The notes below the pieces were generated by a model. It was not told the origin of the DNA, did not search any database, and saw nothing but the letters and a program-made list of their open reading frames with translations. Position numbers and translations under genes: made by a program. From an uncultured Solirubrobacterales bacterium (lineage in GTDB: Bacteria > Actinomycetota > Thermoleophilia > Solirubrobacterales > Solirubrobacteraceae), in NCBI GenBank assembly GCA_963782025.1, contig CAWAIB010000005.1, positions 483,919 to 547,918 on the forward strand: a stretch of DNA of 64,000 nucleotides, given 5' to 3'. This document shows, one piece after another, positions 17,780-28,000 of this stretch (the stretch's first letter is position 1; each line of letters starts with the position of its first letter).

Positions 17780-18721
17780 TCACGCGGGGGCGAGGCCTGC
17801 AGCGTCCAGGAACTCGCGGATGTGGCGATTGACGAGCTCGGGGTGTTGCTCGGCGATCCAATGTGTCCCGTCCGCCACCGGGTGGAACGTCAGGTTGCGG
17901 GCGAAGTGCTCGAGGCCGGCATGAGAGGCGGGCCTGACGTATGGGTCTGCCTCCGGGTAGATCACCATCGTCGGGACATCGACGTACAGGGGCGCCACGT
18001 CTGGGCAGTAGTTGCCGCGGCCGGGGGTGCCGTCCCGATCCGGCGGCGCGATTCCCTCGACCTCATACCAGTGAAGCGCCGACTCGATCGTCCGCGGAAC
18101 ACGCCATGAGCGCCGGTAGGACTCGCGATCCTCCTCAGAGAAGAACGGGTGATCGAGCGCCTGCTCGAGCGCGGCGAAGTCGTTGGCGGCGATCGCCTCG
18201 ATTGCATCCGGGCGTCGAAGTCCGAGGAGATACTGGCTGGCTTTGATCTGCTCGTCGTCCTCCCGTTGCGCACGATCGAGGACACCGGGATGGGCACCGC
18301 CGAGGCTGATCAGCGCCCGCAGCATCTCCGGATAGTGGAGCGCGAACGACCATGCCACCAGGCTGCCCCAGTCGTGGCCGACGAGCACGAAGCGGTCGTA
18401 GCCAAGGTGCTCGACGAGGCAGCGCAGATCCTCTACCGCTGGCCAGATCCCGTAGCTGTGGACGCCCTCGGGCTTGGAGGAGAGGTTGTAGCCGCGCTGG
18501 TCGGGAGCAACGGCGAGGTGGTCGGCGCCGAACTCACGCAGCTGCGCGCGGAAGGCATAGTGGTACTGGGGGAAGCCATGCAGGAAGACGATCAGTGGCC
18601 CTGTGCCCGCGTGGGCGTAGTGCAGCTCGATCCCGTTCACGGCCGCGGTCTCGTACTGAACCATCCCGTCGCGGATAGCCAGGCGCCGCTGAAGGCCGGT
18701 TTGCTCATCTGTGTTGGTCAT
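17780..18721 (-). CDS. alpha/beta hydrolase (epoxide hydrolase-like)
   Basis: 313-aa ORF. IVFLHGFPQYHY (HGxP), APDQRGYNLSSKP, LVGHDWGSLVAW (Asp nucleophile). Confidence 0.85.
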   Translation of the reverse strand: MTNTDEQTGLQRRLAIRDGMVQYETAAVNGIELHYAHAGTGPLIVFLHGFPQYHYAFRAQLREFGADHLAVAPDQRGYNLSSKPEGVHSYGIWPAVEDLRCLVEHLGYDRFVLVGHDWGSLVAWSFALHYPEMLRALISLGGAHPGVLDRAQREDDEQIKASQYLLGLRRPDAIEAIAANDFAALEQALDHPFFSEEDRESYRRSWRVPRTIESALHWYEVEGIAPPDRDGTPGRGNYCPDVAPLYVDVPTMVIYPEADPYVRPASHAGLEHFARNLTFHPVADGTHWIAEQHPELVNRHIREFLDAAGLAPA

Positions 18722-18766
18722 GGGCGGATCATCCCGCTTGACCGTTGGCGCGCCGTTGGCGTCTGC

Positions 18767-19513
18767 TCAGCGCATGACGAGCTCGGAGTGCAACGCCAGC
18801 AGCTGCGGTCCCGGTGCGACTCCTAGGGCCTCGCGTAGCCGCAAGCGAAGCTCGTCGTACACGAGGAGCGCGGCCGGCCGCTCACCACGCGTGTCAAGCG
18901 CTCGCATCAGCAGCGCGGTCGCGCTCTCGCTCAGCGGCTCGGCGGCAACGAGCTCGCGCGCCGCCCTCTCGGCAGTCAGCAGCTCGGTTTCGCCGAGCTC
19001 GAGCGCGGCCGCGGCGAGCGTCGCCAGCGCGCGTGTGTATAAGGCGCCGAGCTCCCTGCGGCGGTCATCGACCCATGCGCCGTCGTGCCCGGTTAGGAAG
19101 CCACGGCGCGTGACATTCATCGTAATGTGGGAGGCGATCCAGGCACGCTCCCACTCCTGCCGAACAACCCCCGACTCAGCGTCGTGGATCGCCCGTGCGG
19201 CTACCTCCACGTCAACGCTCGCGCCGTCATCGAGCGTGAGACGCAGCGGCCCAACTGCCGGGAGCGAGTCGCGTCCGATCACCGAGCGGAGCTTGGAGAG
19301 CAGAGCACGCATTGCCTGAGCGGACGCCGGCGGACGCTGTTCTCCCCAGATCGCCGTCGCGAGCTCCTCCCGCAGCGCGGCGCGATCACGGTTACAGACG
19401 AGCCACGCGAAAGCGATCCGGCCCTGCGCTCCAGGTAGCTGACCCGCCAGCTCAGCTCCTGCGGATCTCACGAGAAGGCGTCCACACAGCTGCACGACCA
19501 CATCAGCGAACAT
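18767..19513 (-). CDS. SARP-family transcriptional regulator (OmpR-type wHTH + BTAD)
   Basis: VVVQLCGRLLVRSAG, RIAFAWLVCNRDRAALREELATAIWG, and BTAD string EPLSESATALLMRALDTRGERPAALLVYDELRLRLREALGVAPGPQL. The track start 19618 overlaps a convincing opposite-strand DUF1059 ORF. I used Met at 19513, which is uncertain. Confidence 0.75.
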   Translation of the reverse strand: MFADVVVQLCGRLLVRSAGAELAGQLPGAQGRIAFAWLVCNRDRAALREELATAIWGEQRPPASAQAMRALLSKLRSVIGRDSLPAVGPLRLTLDDGASVDVEVAARAIHDAESGVVRQEWERAWIASHITMNVTRRGFLTGHDGAWVDDRRRELGALYTRALATLAAAALELGETELLTAERAARELVAAEPLSESATALLMRALDTRGERPAALLVYDELRLRLREALGVAPGPQLLALHSELVMR

Positions 19514-19519
19514 ACCGAC

Positions 19520-19678
19520 ATGGCAAAGCGAATCGTTTGTGAGTGCGGCTACATCATTCGGGGTGAGGACGACGAGCAGGTCGTGGAGCTCGGACGCGAG
19601 CACATGCAGGCCAACCATCCCACGATCGCGGCGGTGATCACCGCCGCGGAGTTGCTGGAGATGGCCGAGGAGGAATGA
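19520..19678 (+). CDS. DUF1059-family small protein
   Basis: 52-aa ORF below the track cutoff: MAKRIVCECGYIIRGEDDEQVVELGREHMQANHPTIAAVITAAELLEMAEEE*. The CxCG start and the helical tail are typical of DUF1059. Confidence 0.7.
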   Translation: MAKRIVCECGYIIRGEDDEQVVELGREHMQANHPTIAAVITAAELLEMAEEE

Positions 19679-19767
19679 GACCTGCGGGCGCAGGTTCTCC
19701 GTCCAAGTTTCACAGCGGGGCCGCCGGCCCGGTGGGTCCTGCCCGGGCCGGCGGCGATCCGCGATCG

Positions 19768-20958
19768 TCAGTCGACGGCGATGCCCGAGGCGACCGCGCC
19801 CGCGGGCAGCGGCGTGGGCGAGCTCGGAAGCTCGGTGAGGCTGCCGCCGTTGACCGCGAACGACGCGATGACATCGGCCTTGGAGCCGTTCACCAGCAGC
19901 GTCCTGCCGTCGGGAGACAGGCGCGCGTCAACGGCGCCCGCGCCGGCCGAGCCGAACGGCGTGCTTCCGATCAACACCAGCGAGCCGCCGGGGGTGATCG
20001 CGTAGCTGGAGATCTCTCCCGAGCCGGTGTTCACGGTGAACAGGAACTGCCCGTCGTGGCTGATCTCCACCCAGCAGGGTGCGGTCTGCAGATCGGCGAA
20101 CGGGGATGTGCCGATCGAGGTTAGTTCGCCGGAGAGGCTCACGTTGAAGGCCGAGACCGTCCCGTTGCCTTCGCCGCCGTGGGCGTTGCTGACGAACAGC
20201 TGCGAGGGATTCGTCGGACGGAACTCCGAGCCGAACGGTCCCGGTCCCTGGGCCGCGAAGGGCGAGCCTGGAGCGGCGACGAGGCGTCCGTCGAAGCGAA
20301 CGTGGAAGCTCGCGATCGTCGAGGTGTTGACGAGCGGGACGATCAGCCGCTGACCGGTGGGATCAAACAGTACGTCGTCGGGACCCGAGCCGGCTCCCAG
20401 CGCGACGGTCGAGCTCGGCAACGGGTACAGAACACCCCAGGGGGCCAGGTAGAAGCCCGTGACGTTCGGTTCGTTGGCGCCGGCGTTGGCGACGTAGACG
20501 AGGTTGCCCGAGACCGCGATGCTGACGGGGTCGCTGCCACCGGAGGACACGGGCGCGCCAACCGGCTGCGGAACGCCGCCGAAGCCGAGTCCCAAGACCG
20601 AGACCTGGTTGCTTGCGGCGTCGACCGCGAGCAGGTAGCGCCCGTCGCTGGAAAGCTGGATCGCGCCCTGCGAGGCCAACCCGGCGCCGGTGCCGGCGCC
20701 ACCGGTCGCGAAGGGGGAGCCGGGGATCGGGGTCAGCGAGCCGTCGGCGTGCCGGTCAAAACCGGCGATTGTGTTCGACACTGCGGTGTTGTCGTTGACA
20801 TAGGCGTGGCCGACGACGAAGGATTCGCGTTCGGGTTGGTGTTCGCGTTCGTGGTGGTGGTGGCCGAAGAAGAAGGGCGCCGCAGAGGCACTGGCGGATG
20901 AGACGGTCGCTCCTGCGAGGGTTAGTGCGAGCAGGATGACGAGGCGAGGTGGCTTCAT
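19768..20958 (-). CDS. secreted 7-bladed beta-propeller (lactonase-like) protein
   Basis: Signal peptide MKPPRLVILLALTLAGATVSSASASA, His-rich stretch FFFGHHHHEREH, repeated SSDGRYLLAVDAASNQVSV / SHDGQFLFTVNTGSGEISSY / SPDGRTLLVNGS blades. Confidence 0.75.
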   Translation of the reverse strand: MKPPRLVILLALTLAGATVSSASASAAPFFFGHHHHEREHQPERESFVVGHAYVNDNTAVSNTIAGFDRHADGSLTPIPGSPFATGGAGTGAGLASQGAIQLSSDGRYLLAVDAASNQVSVLGLGFGGVPQPVGAPVSSGGSDPVSIAVSGNLVYVANAGANEPNVTGFYLAPWGVLYPLPSSTVALGAGSGPDDVLFDPTGQRLIVPLVNTSTIASFHVRFDGRLVAAPGSPFAAQGPGPFGSEFRPTNPSQLFVSNAHGGEGNGTVSAFNVSLSGELTSIGTSPFADLQTAPCWVEISHDGQFLFTVNTGSGEISSYAITPGGSLVLIGSTPFGSAGAGAVDARLSPDGRTLLVNGSKADVIASFAVNGGSLTELPSSPTPLPAGAVASGIAVD

Positions 20959-21115
20959 GATCGAACCTCCTGTGTCTGGCGGGGGTCATTCCCCGACCGC
21001 CATCACGATGCCCGCCACTCCTAACGCGCCTCTTGCAGGAAGATGAACATTCCCTGAAACCACAAGGGCGGCTGTGCAGGTAGCTCGAACCGGCCGCCGA
21101 TCGGGCGCCAGCCAT

Positions 21116-22126
21116 TCAGCCGGTCGTTGTGCGCGGCTCGGCGAGCGGCAGCGTGAACGCGAAGCGGGCGCCTCCATCGGGCCGGTTCTCTGCCCAGATG
21201 CGCCCGCCCTGGGCTTCGACGAAGCCGCGTGCGATCGCGAGCCCCAGCCCGGCGCCGCCGCTCGCGCGCGTGCGTGAAGTGTCCTCGCGCCAGAAGCGCT
21301 CGAACATCCGCTGCTGCGCTTCGCTGCTCAGTCCCACGCCGGTGTCCTCGACCGACACCTCCAGCTCACCTATGTGGCGTCGTGCTCTGACGAAGACCGA
21401 GCCATCTGAGGGCGTGTGTCGCAACGCGTTGGTGACGAGGTTCAGGAGCACGCGCTGCAGGTGCTCCGGCGCGCAGCGGACATCGGGCAGAGCCTCGTCG
21501 AGCTGGCTCTCGAGGTGAACCTGCCGCGCTCGCGCTTCGGCCTCGAGACCGCGCACGCAGTGGGAGACGAGCGCTGGCAGCTGTGCCTCGCGCAGCTCGA
21601 GCGTGAGCGCGCCCGCGTCGATTCGAGCGAGCTCGAACAGATCGTCGATCAGCGTCGCGAGCGTCCGTGTCTGCTGGTGCAGCGCCGGCAGGTACTCGTC
21701 GATCGAGGCGAGGCCGTCCTGCACCGCTTCGAGCATCGCCTGGATCGATGCCACCGGCGTGCGCAGATCGTGACTGGCCCAGGCGACGAGCTGGCGGCGC
21801 GCGTCGAACAGCGCCTCGATGTTCCCAGCCATCGTGTTGAAAGCCTCACCGACGTGCGCGAGCTCGCGCGGTCCCTCCACCGGCGCCCGGGCTGTCAGCT
21901 CCCCGCAGGAAAGCTCCTCGGCCGCCGCCTCCAGGCCACGGATGCGCCGCGCGATCCCCGCCCCCAACAACAGTGCGGCGGCAAGCGCCGTCGAGGCCGA
22001 CGCGGCCCCCACGGCGAGGATCTTCACATCGTCGTGCATGTGGAACATCACCAGACCGCCCAGAATCACCGCCGCGAGCGGTAGCCCCACCGCCAGCAGC
22101 GCGAGCCCCGCGAGCTGCAGGCGCAC
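21116..22126 (-). CDS. sensor histidine kinase (HAMP-HisKA-HATPase_c)
   Basis: Two N-terminal TM spans, H-box SHDLRTPVASI, N box LLNLVTNALRHTP, G boxes VEDTGVGL and GGAGLGLAIARG. Confidence 0.9.
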   Translation of the reverse strand: MRLQLAGLALLAVGLPLAAVILGGLVMFHMHDDVKILAVGAASASTALAAALLLGAGIARRIRGLEAAAEELSCGELTARAPVEGPRELAHVGEAFNTMAGNIEALFDARRQLVAWASHDLRTPVASIQAMLEAVQDGLASIDEYLPALHQQTRTLATLIDDLFELARIDAGALTLELREAQLPALVSHCVRGLEAEARARQVHLESQLDEALPDVRCAPEHLQRVLLNLVTNALRHTPSDGSVFVRARRHIGELEVSVEDTGVGLSSEAQQRMFERFWREDTSRTRASGGAGLGLAIARGFVEAQGGRIWAENRPDGGARFAFTLPLAEPRTTTG

Positions 22127-22207
22127 CGTCGGCAGCAGCCGTAGCGCCAGCGCCGAGCGCGATCCCAGCGGCGAGCGTGCTCAGTGAGACGACAAGGGCA
22201 AATTCGG

Positions 22208-22888
22208 TCACGGGGTGAACCGGTAGCCGGAGCCGAACACCGTCTCGAGGTGGCGCGGACGCGAGGCATCGTCCTCGATCTTCTTGCGCAGGCGACGGAC
22301 ATGAACCGTCACCGTCCCCGTGTCGAGCGCGCTCCGGTAATCCCACACCCGGTCCATCAGCTGGTCGCGCGAGAACACCTGCCGCGGATTGGACGCGAAG
22401 AACAGCAGCAGATCCAGCTCCTTCAGCGTCAGCCTGAGCAGCTCGCCGCCCTTGCGAACCTCACGAGCCACCGGGTCGATGACGACATCACCGAAAGCGA
22501 TCGTCTGCGCTGCACCCGCGGTCGGCTGGGCCGTGCGACGCATGAGATTGCGAACTCGAACCGCCAGCTCGCGCGGCGAGAACGGCTTGGTGAGGTAGTC
22601 ATCGGCTCCGAGCTCGAGGCCGACGATCCGATCTGCCTCCTCGCCGAGCGCCGTCAGCATCACGATCGGCACCTCCGAGCGCGAGCGAATCCAGCGACAC
22701 AGCTCGAGCCCGCTGACCCCCGGCAGCATCACATCCAGCACGACCAGCGAGGGCGCTTGGAGCTCGAGCAGACGCCGTGCCTCGTTGCCGGTGGCGGCCT
22801 CGAGTGTCTTGTAACCGTCGCGCTCGAGGTAGCGCACGACCACGTCGCGCACAATCGGCTCATCATCGACCACGAGGACGGTAGACAC
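22208..22888 (-). CDS. OmpR/PhoB-family response regulator
   Basis: REC domain (VLVVDDEP, LVVLDVMLPG, MLTALGEE) plus winged helix (LTLKELDLLLFFASNPRQVFSRDQL, VTVHVRRLRKKIE). Confidence 0.92.
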   Translation of the reverse strand: MSTVLVVDDEPIVRDVVVRYLERDGYKTLEAATGNEARRLLELQAPSLVVLDVMLPGVSGLELCRWIRSRSEVPIVMLTALGEEADRIVGLELGADDYLTKPFSPRELAVRVRNLMRRTAQPTAGAAQTIAFGDVVIDPVAREVRKGGELLRLTLKELDLLLFFASNPRQVFSRDQLMDRVWDYRSALDTGTVTVHVRRLRKKIEDDASRPRHLETVFGSGYRFTP

Positions 22889-22951
22889 TCGAGGATTGTC
22901 GATAGCCGAGCTTACGAAAACCTTAACCGGGCTCAGCTCGGTTTCGCAGCG

Positions 22952-24403
22952 TCATCCGTGTGCCGCTGCTCGTGCTGTCCTCTCCGCTGTAGGAGCACGC
23001 TCGGTTAGGCGTACGCGTAGCCCACTGGGGGCCATTGTGAACTGGAAGGTCTCTGTGACGGGGCCGGCGCTTTCGTCGAGCTCGATGTGGAAGTTGCGGG
23101 CGATCGTCGCCATCGCGGCCTTGGACTCCAGGAACGCGAGGTTGCGCCCCGGGCAGAACCGGGGGCCCGCGCCGAACGCGAGAAACGTCTTCTGGTCGGG
23201 CGTCTCGTCGCCGGGACCGTCCTCGCTGAGCCAGCGATCGGGGTCGAACTCCTCCGCGCGGCTTACCGAGCGCAGGCCGATCAGGCGGGTGGGCGCGAAC
23301 AGGCGCGTGCCGGCGGGAATCTGCGTGTCGGCGATGACGGTGTCCTCGATCGGCTCGACGCCGAGGATCGGAGCGACGGGCTTCAGGCGCATCGACTCGC
23401 GCAGCACCGCCTCGCCATAGCGCAGCTCGGCGATCGTGTCGTACCTGCCAGGGAAACGTTCGTCGCCAAGGACCTCGTCGGCCTCCTGCGCCCAGCGCCG
23501 CTGGATCTCGGGGTGACGGGCAAGCAGCCACAGCGTCCACGCCATCGTGTGCGCGGTCGTGTCCTCGCCGGCGAGCAGCAGCGTGTATACGTTGCCGAGA
23601 ATTTCTGCGTCCGTGAACGTTTTGTCCTGTTCCTGGGCGGCGATCATGCTCTCGAGGAAGTTCTCAGGCTCCTCGCGCAGCTCTGGTCTCGCGGCCATCC
23701 GTGCGCGCGCCTGCGCTATGAACGTGTCGATCTCAGCCCTGATCGCGAGCACCGCACGGTCGGCGGCGCGGTCGACTGGGAGTCGCAACCAGCGCCAGTA
23801 GGGGACCGGGATCGTGATCCGCCTGCCCGTGATGTCGAAGATCCGCTGGATGTTGCGCTGCAGCTCGCCGTCGCCGTGTTCGAGCGTGTTCAGGTCGTGC
23901 CCGAACGCGAGCGCGGAGGTCACATCGACCGTGAACGAGGTCAGGTCGCCGCCGATCTCACGGCTCCCACCCTCGCTCACCGCCCGCTCGAGCCGCCCGC
24001 AAAGGCGCTCGGTGCACGTGCGCACGATCTCGTAGTAGCGCTCGAGGTGGTTCGAGTTCAGCGCGGTGACCGCGAGGCGGCGCTGCTGGCGCCACTCCGC
24101 GCCCTCGGCGGCGAACACACCGATCGTGCCGATCAATTCCCTCGTCACGCTCTCGATCCCGCGCGTACGCCTGAACCGGTCCGGACGCTCGCGCAACGCC
24201 CGATTGATCGCATCCGCGTCTGCGATCACGACGAAGCGACCGCTCCCGAGCTTGAACGTATAGATCGGCCCGTAGCGTTCACACCAATCCTCGAGTACCT
24301 GATGAAGCGCGGCTACACGCATGCGGTGCGCGACGCCGATCAGCGGCAGCCCTCGCGGCCCGGGAAGATCACGAATCGAGCGCGAAGCAGCAGCCGAGCT
24401 CAT
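22952..24403 (-). CDS. cytochrome P450
   Basis: Heme loop FGAGPRFCPGRNLA, ExxR EAVLRESMRL, I-helix LLLAGEDTTAH, N-terminal LPGPRGLPLIG. The track ORF extends to 25333 by reading through the repeat array. ATG 24403 (MSSAAASRSIRDLPGP) was chosen. Confidence 0.88.
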   Translation of the reverse strand: MSSAAASRSIRDLPGPRGLPLIGVAHRMRVAALHQVLEDWCERYGPIYTFKLGSGRFVVIADADAINRALRERPDRFRRTRGIESVTRELIGTIGVFAAEGAEWRQQRRLAVTALNSNHLERYYEIVRTCTERLCGRLERAVSEGGSREIGGDLTSFTVDVTSALAFGHDLNTLEHGDGELQRNIQRIFDITGRRITIPVPYWRWLRLPVDRAADRAVLAIRAEIDTFIAQARARMAARPELREEPENFLESMIAAQEQDKTFTDAEILGNVYTLLLAGEDTTAHTMAWTLWLLARHPEIQRRWAQEADEVLGDERFPGRYDTIAELRYGEAVLRESMRLKPVAPILGVEPIEDTVIADTQIPAGTRLFAPTRLIGLRSVSRAEEFDPDRWLSEDGPGDETPDQKTFLAFGAGPRFCPGRNLAFLESKAAMATIARNFHIELDESAGPVTETFQFTMAPSGLRVRLTERAPTAERTARAAAHG

Positions 24404-24689
24404 CGAAGGAAACCTACTACATGAGGATTGCGCTACAGGGGCCACATCGTCGAACCACGCGGCAGGCGGTGCAGGAGTCGAGATCGCCCTCGAACTGTAC
24501 TTCTCGATGTGTGGTGCTGGATATAGGCCCACTTGCGCTCGGTGAGCTCGACCTTGCGCCCTTGCGGTGAGAGAGTGTTCGAGTGTTCGCGATGACATGG
24601 GTGTCGTCAGTCCGACGTGCGGGTGGAGGACCAGGCATCGAACATATGGCCCATAGTCCCCGGACGGAATTCGGAACGATTCGTGTGGC

Positions 24690-25030
24690 TCAACCAAGGC
24701 AAGCAATCCCGGGTCTTTCGTCTCCCGGCCAATAGGTCCGCGAAGCGGTATTGGCCGGGAGACGAAAGACCCGGGATCTGCGACGGGGACAAGACCCGGG
24801 ATCTGCGACGGGGACAAGACCCGGGATCTGCGACGGGGACAAGACCCGGGATCTGCGACGGGGACAAGACCCGGGATCTGCGACGGGGACAAGACCCGGG
24901 ATCTGCGACGGGGACAAGACCCGGGATCTGCGACGGGGAGGAAGGTCCGGGATCTGCGACGGCAGCGAAGCCGGTATTGGACGGGGACGAAAGACCCGGG
25001 ATCTGCGAAGGGGACGAAGCCGGTATTTTG
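24690..25030. repeat. type-1 hairpin element with the largest arm-reiteration array (six perfect 25-bp units plus variants)
   Basis: L-arm 24708-24734, apex GGTCCGCGAAGCGG, R-arm 24749-24775 (perfect 27-bp stem). Units CGACGGGGACAAGACCCGGGATCTG start at 24781, 24806, 24831, 24856, 24881 and 24906. Degenerate units run to 25030. Confidence 0.95.
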
Positions 25031-25064
25031 TCGTGTGGGAGGCCCCGGGACGAAAGGTATATGG

Positions 25065-28000
25065 ATGGGTGATGACGTGTTGGGCATCAGCCTCCTCGGG
25101 GCTTTCTCGATCACCGTGGGGGGCCATGTCGTCCCCGACGACGCCTGGCGGCTGCGCAAGGCGAAGACCCTGATCAAGCTGCTCGCGCTTGCGCCCGGAT
25201 GTCGCCTGCACGCCGATCGGGCGATCGAGCTGTTGTGGGCGGGGCGCGAGGAGGCCTCCGCTCGGAACAATCTGCACCAGGCGATCTTTGCGGCGCGACG
25301 GGCGCTCGACTCGGCCGGGCTCGAGGGCCGCAACCATCTCGAGCTGCGCGAGGATGTGATCGCCCTCTGCCCCGAGGATCCCGTGCGGATCGACGTAGTC
25401 GCCTTCGAGGAGGCCGCCGCGAGCGCGCGGGAGGGGCGCGACCCCGCCGCCTATCGGGACGCCCTCGATTCCTACGACGGCGAGCTGCTGCCCGAGGATC
25501 GCTACGAGGAGTGGACGGCATCGCGGCGCGACGCCGTCCACGAGCTTCGCCTCGCTCTGGGGATCGAGCTGGCCGAGCTGCAGGCGCCGGAGCACCCCGC
25601 CGCGGCGATCGACCGCCTGCGATCGGTGCTGGTCGACGCGCCGCTCCACGAGCCCGCCCATCGGGCGCTGATGCGCCTCTATGTGGAGGGCGGGCGCCGG
25701 CAGGAGGCGCTGGCCCAGTTCCAGGAGCTGAAGCGCGGTCTGCGGCGCGAGTTCGAGGACGAGCCCGACGAGGTGACCCGCCGCCTCTACCGGGAGATAC
25801 TCACGCGCGGCGCGGGAGAGGCGAAAGCGGACGGGGAGCCGGCCAGCCCACCCACGGCGGCCGCGGTGCGAGAGCCGGCCGAGAGCCCACCCACGGCGGC
25901 CGCGGTCTCCTCGCCGGCCGAGAACCCAGGCAACCCGAACAACCTCCCGAAGCAGCTGACGAGCTTCATCGGCCGTGAGCGCGAGCTGGCCGAGGCCGGC
26001 GCGCTCTTGCGCAGCTCGCGGCTGTTGACGTTGACCGGGGCTGGTGGCTGTGGCAAGACGAGGCTCGCTCTGGAGCTGGCCGGGCAGCGGGCCGGGGACT
26101 TCACCGACGGCGTCTGGCCGGTGGAGCTGGCCGCGCTTGGCGAGCCCGAGCTGCTGGGCCCCGCGGTCGCCCAGGCCCTGGACACACGGCTCGCCTCCGA
26201 CCGCGCTCCGGAGGTCGCGCTCGCCGGCCACATCGGTGATCGCCGGCAGCTGCTTCTGCTCGACAATTGCGAGCACCTGATCGAGCCGGTCGCCCACCTC
26301 GTCCAGGCGCTGCTCGGCCACTGCCCTCGACTGACCGTGCTGGCGACCAGCCGCGAGCCGCTCCGTATTCCCGGCGAGGTGACCTGGCGGGTCCCGTCGC
26401 TCTCGCTCCCCAGCCTGGCCGAGCTCTCCTCCTCGGGCGAGGCGATTGAAGCGGAGTCGGTGCGGCTCTTCGTCGTGCGCGCCGGCCACGCGGCGCCCGG
26501 CTTCGAGTTGGACACGGAGAACGCGGCCGCGATCTCGACCGTTTGCCACCGGCTCGACGGGATGCCGTTGGCGATCGAGCTCGCGGCGGCGCGGGTCGGC
26601 GCCCTCACCCCCGCGCAGATCGTCGAGCGCCTCGACGGCTCGCTCGAGTTGCTCTCGGGGGGGAGTCGCACGGCGATGACCCGGCAGCAGACGCTGCGGG
26701 CGACGCTCGCCTGGAGCTTTGATCTGCTCGATGGCGACGAGCAGATCCTTTTGCGGCGCCTCGCGGTGTTCGCCGGAAGCTTCGGCCTGGACGCGGCCGA
26801 GGACGTCTGCGCGGGGGATCCGCTCGAGCGCCAGGAGGCGGTCGCGCTCCTCGGCCGTCTGATCGACAAGTCGCTCGTCCACGTCGAGGAGGGCCCCGGC
26901 GATCGCCGCTACCGTCTGCTTGAGACCGTGCGGCAGTACGCCGCGGAGCGGCTGCAGGAGGCTGGTGAGCGCCATGCCTTCGAGCGCCGCCATTGCGATT
27001 GGTACGTTGAGCTCGCCGAGAGCGACCCGACGCCGGTCGGTGACCTCCCGACGAGGGACCGGCTGCGGCGGTTGGATCTGGAGCGCGACAATCTCCGCGC
27101 CGCTCTCGCCTCGGCCCTGGCCGACGATCCCCAACTCGCTCTGCGCCTGACCGTCGCCCTCTGGCGTTTCTGGCTGATGCGCGGCTATCTCGCCGAGGGG
27201 TATCGCTGGCTCGCCGCGTCGCTGGCGGCGGCGCCGGAGCACACCATGGATCGTGCCCGTGCCCTGCTCGCCGCCTGCCTTGTTGGCATGCGGCGCGGCG
27301 TCCCTCTGCACCTGCACGAGCTCGGCGCCGAAAGCGTTGCGATCTTCGGCGAGTTCGGCGACCACGCCGGGATGTTCGACGCGGTCGAGGTATTGGCGGC
27401 CTATCGCGTGATCGTCAGCGGCCCGGCGGACATCGAGGCGCTGCTCGGCGAGCACGAGACGCTTCAGGTGGACGATCTCCCCGTGGCCCGGCCGCCGGCG
27501 TGGGCGGCGCACACGCGCGCCATCGCGGCCTGGTTTCGCCGTGAATATCCGCAGGCGCGCCGGCAGTTCGAGCTCGCGCTGAAGCGGGCCGGAGAGCTCC
27601 TCGCCGATGAGCGCCCGGCACTGTGGCCGCTGAGCTACGCGGTGTTCTCGGTCGAGGCCGAGAACGGCTACCCATTGCTGCTGCAGGAGGACACGGCGAT
27701 CGTCGGTCGCCGGGTCGGTGGCGAAGCGGCGGTTGCGTACATCCTGGGCAACCTCGCCGTCGTCGATCGGGTGCAGGGCGCCTTTGACCGGGCGGGTGAG
27801 TTGATCGAGGAGAGCCTCGCGCGCTTCCAGGCACTCGCCGACGTGCAGGGGGAAGCCTACGCGCTGGGCGCGCTCGGCAACCTCGCCCGCTCCAGTGGCG
27901 ACTTCGAGCGCGGCCGGGAGCTGCTCGGCCGCAGCCTCGCTCGCCGGCGGGAGGTCGGCGACCGGCGCGGCATCGGGATCACGCTTGGGTGCCTGGCGGT

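Noticed and set aside
23087-24424. 445-aa plus-strand ORF
   Set aside because: Antisense to the P450, whose heme-loop and ExxR motifs fix the coding strand.
24781-25030. CRISPR array
   Set aside because: The 25-bp units are directly abutting with no spacers. They are copies of one hairpin arm, and no cas genes are present.
24404-25333. N-terminal 310-aa extension of the P450 ORF (track 22952..25333)
   Set aside because: The extension translates the tandem repeats (RSRVLSPSQIPGLVPVADPGSCPRR x n) and the hairpin. A normal P450 N-terminus (LPGPRGLPLIG) follows the ATG at 24403.
24690-27512. 940-aa minus-strand ORF
   Set aside because: It is an antisense shadow of the 25065..28394 regulator in high-GC DNA. 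It is Arg/Pro/Gly-rich, has no motifs, and begins inside the repeat array.
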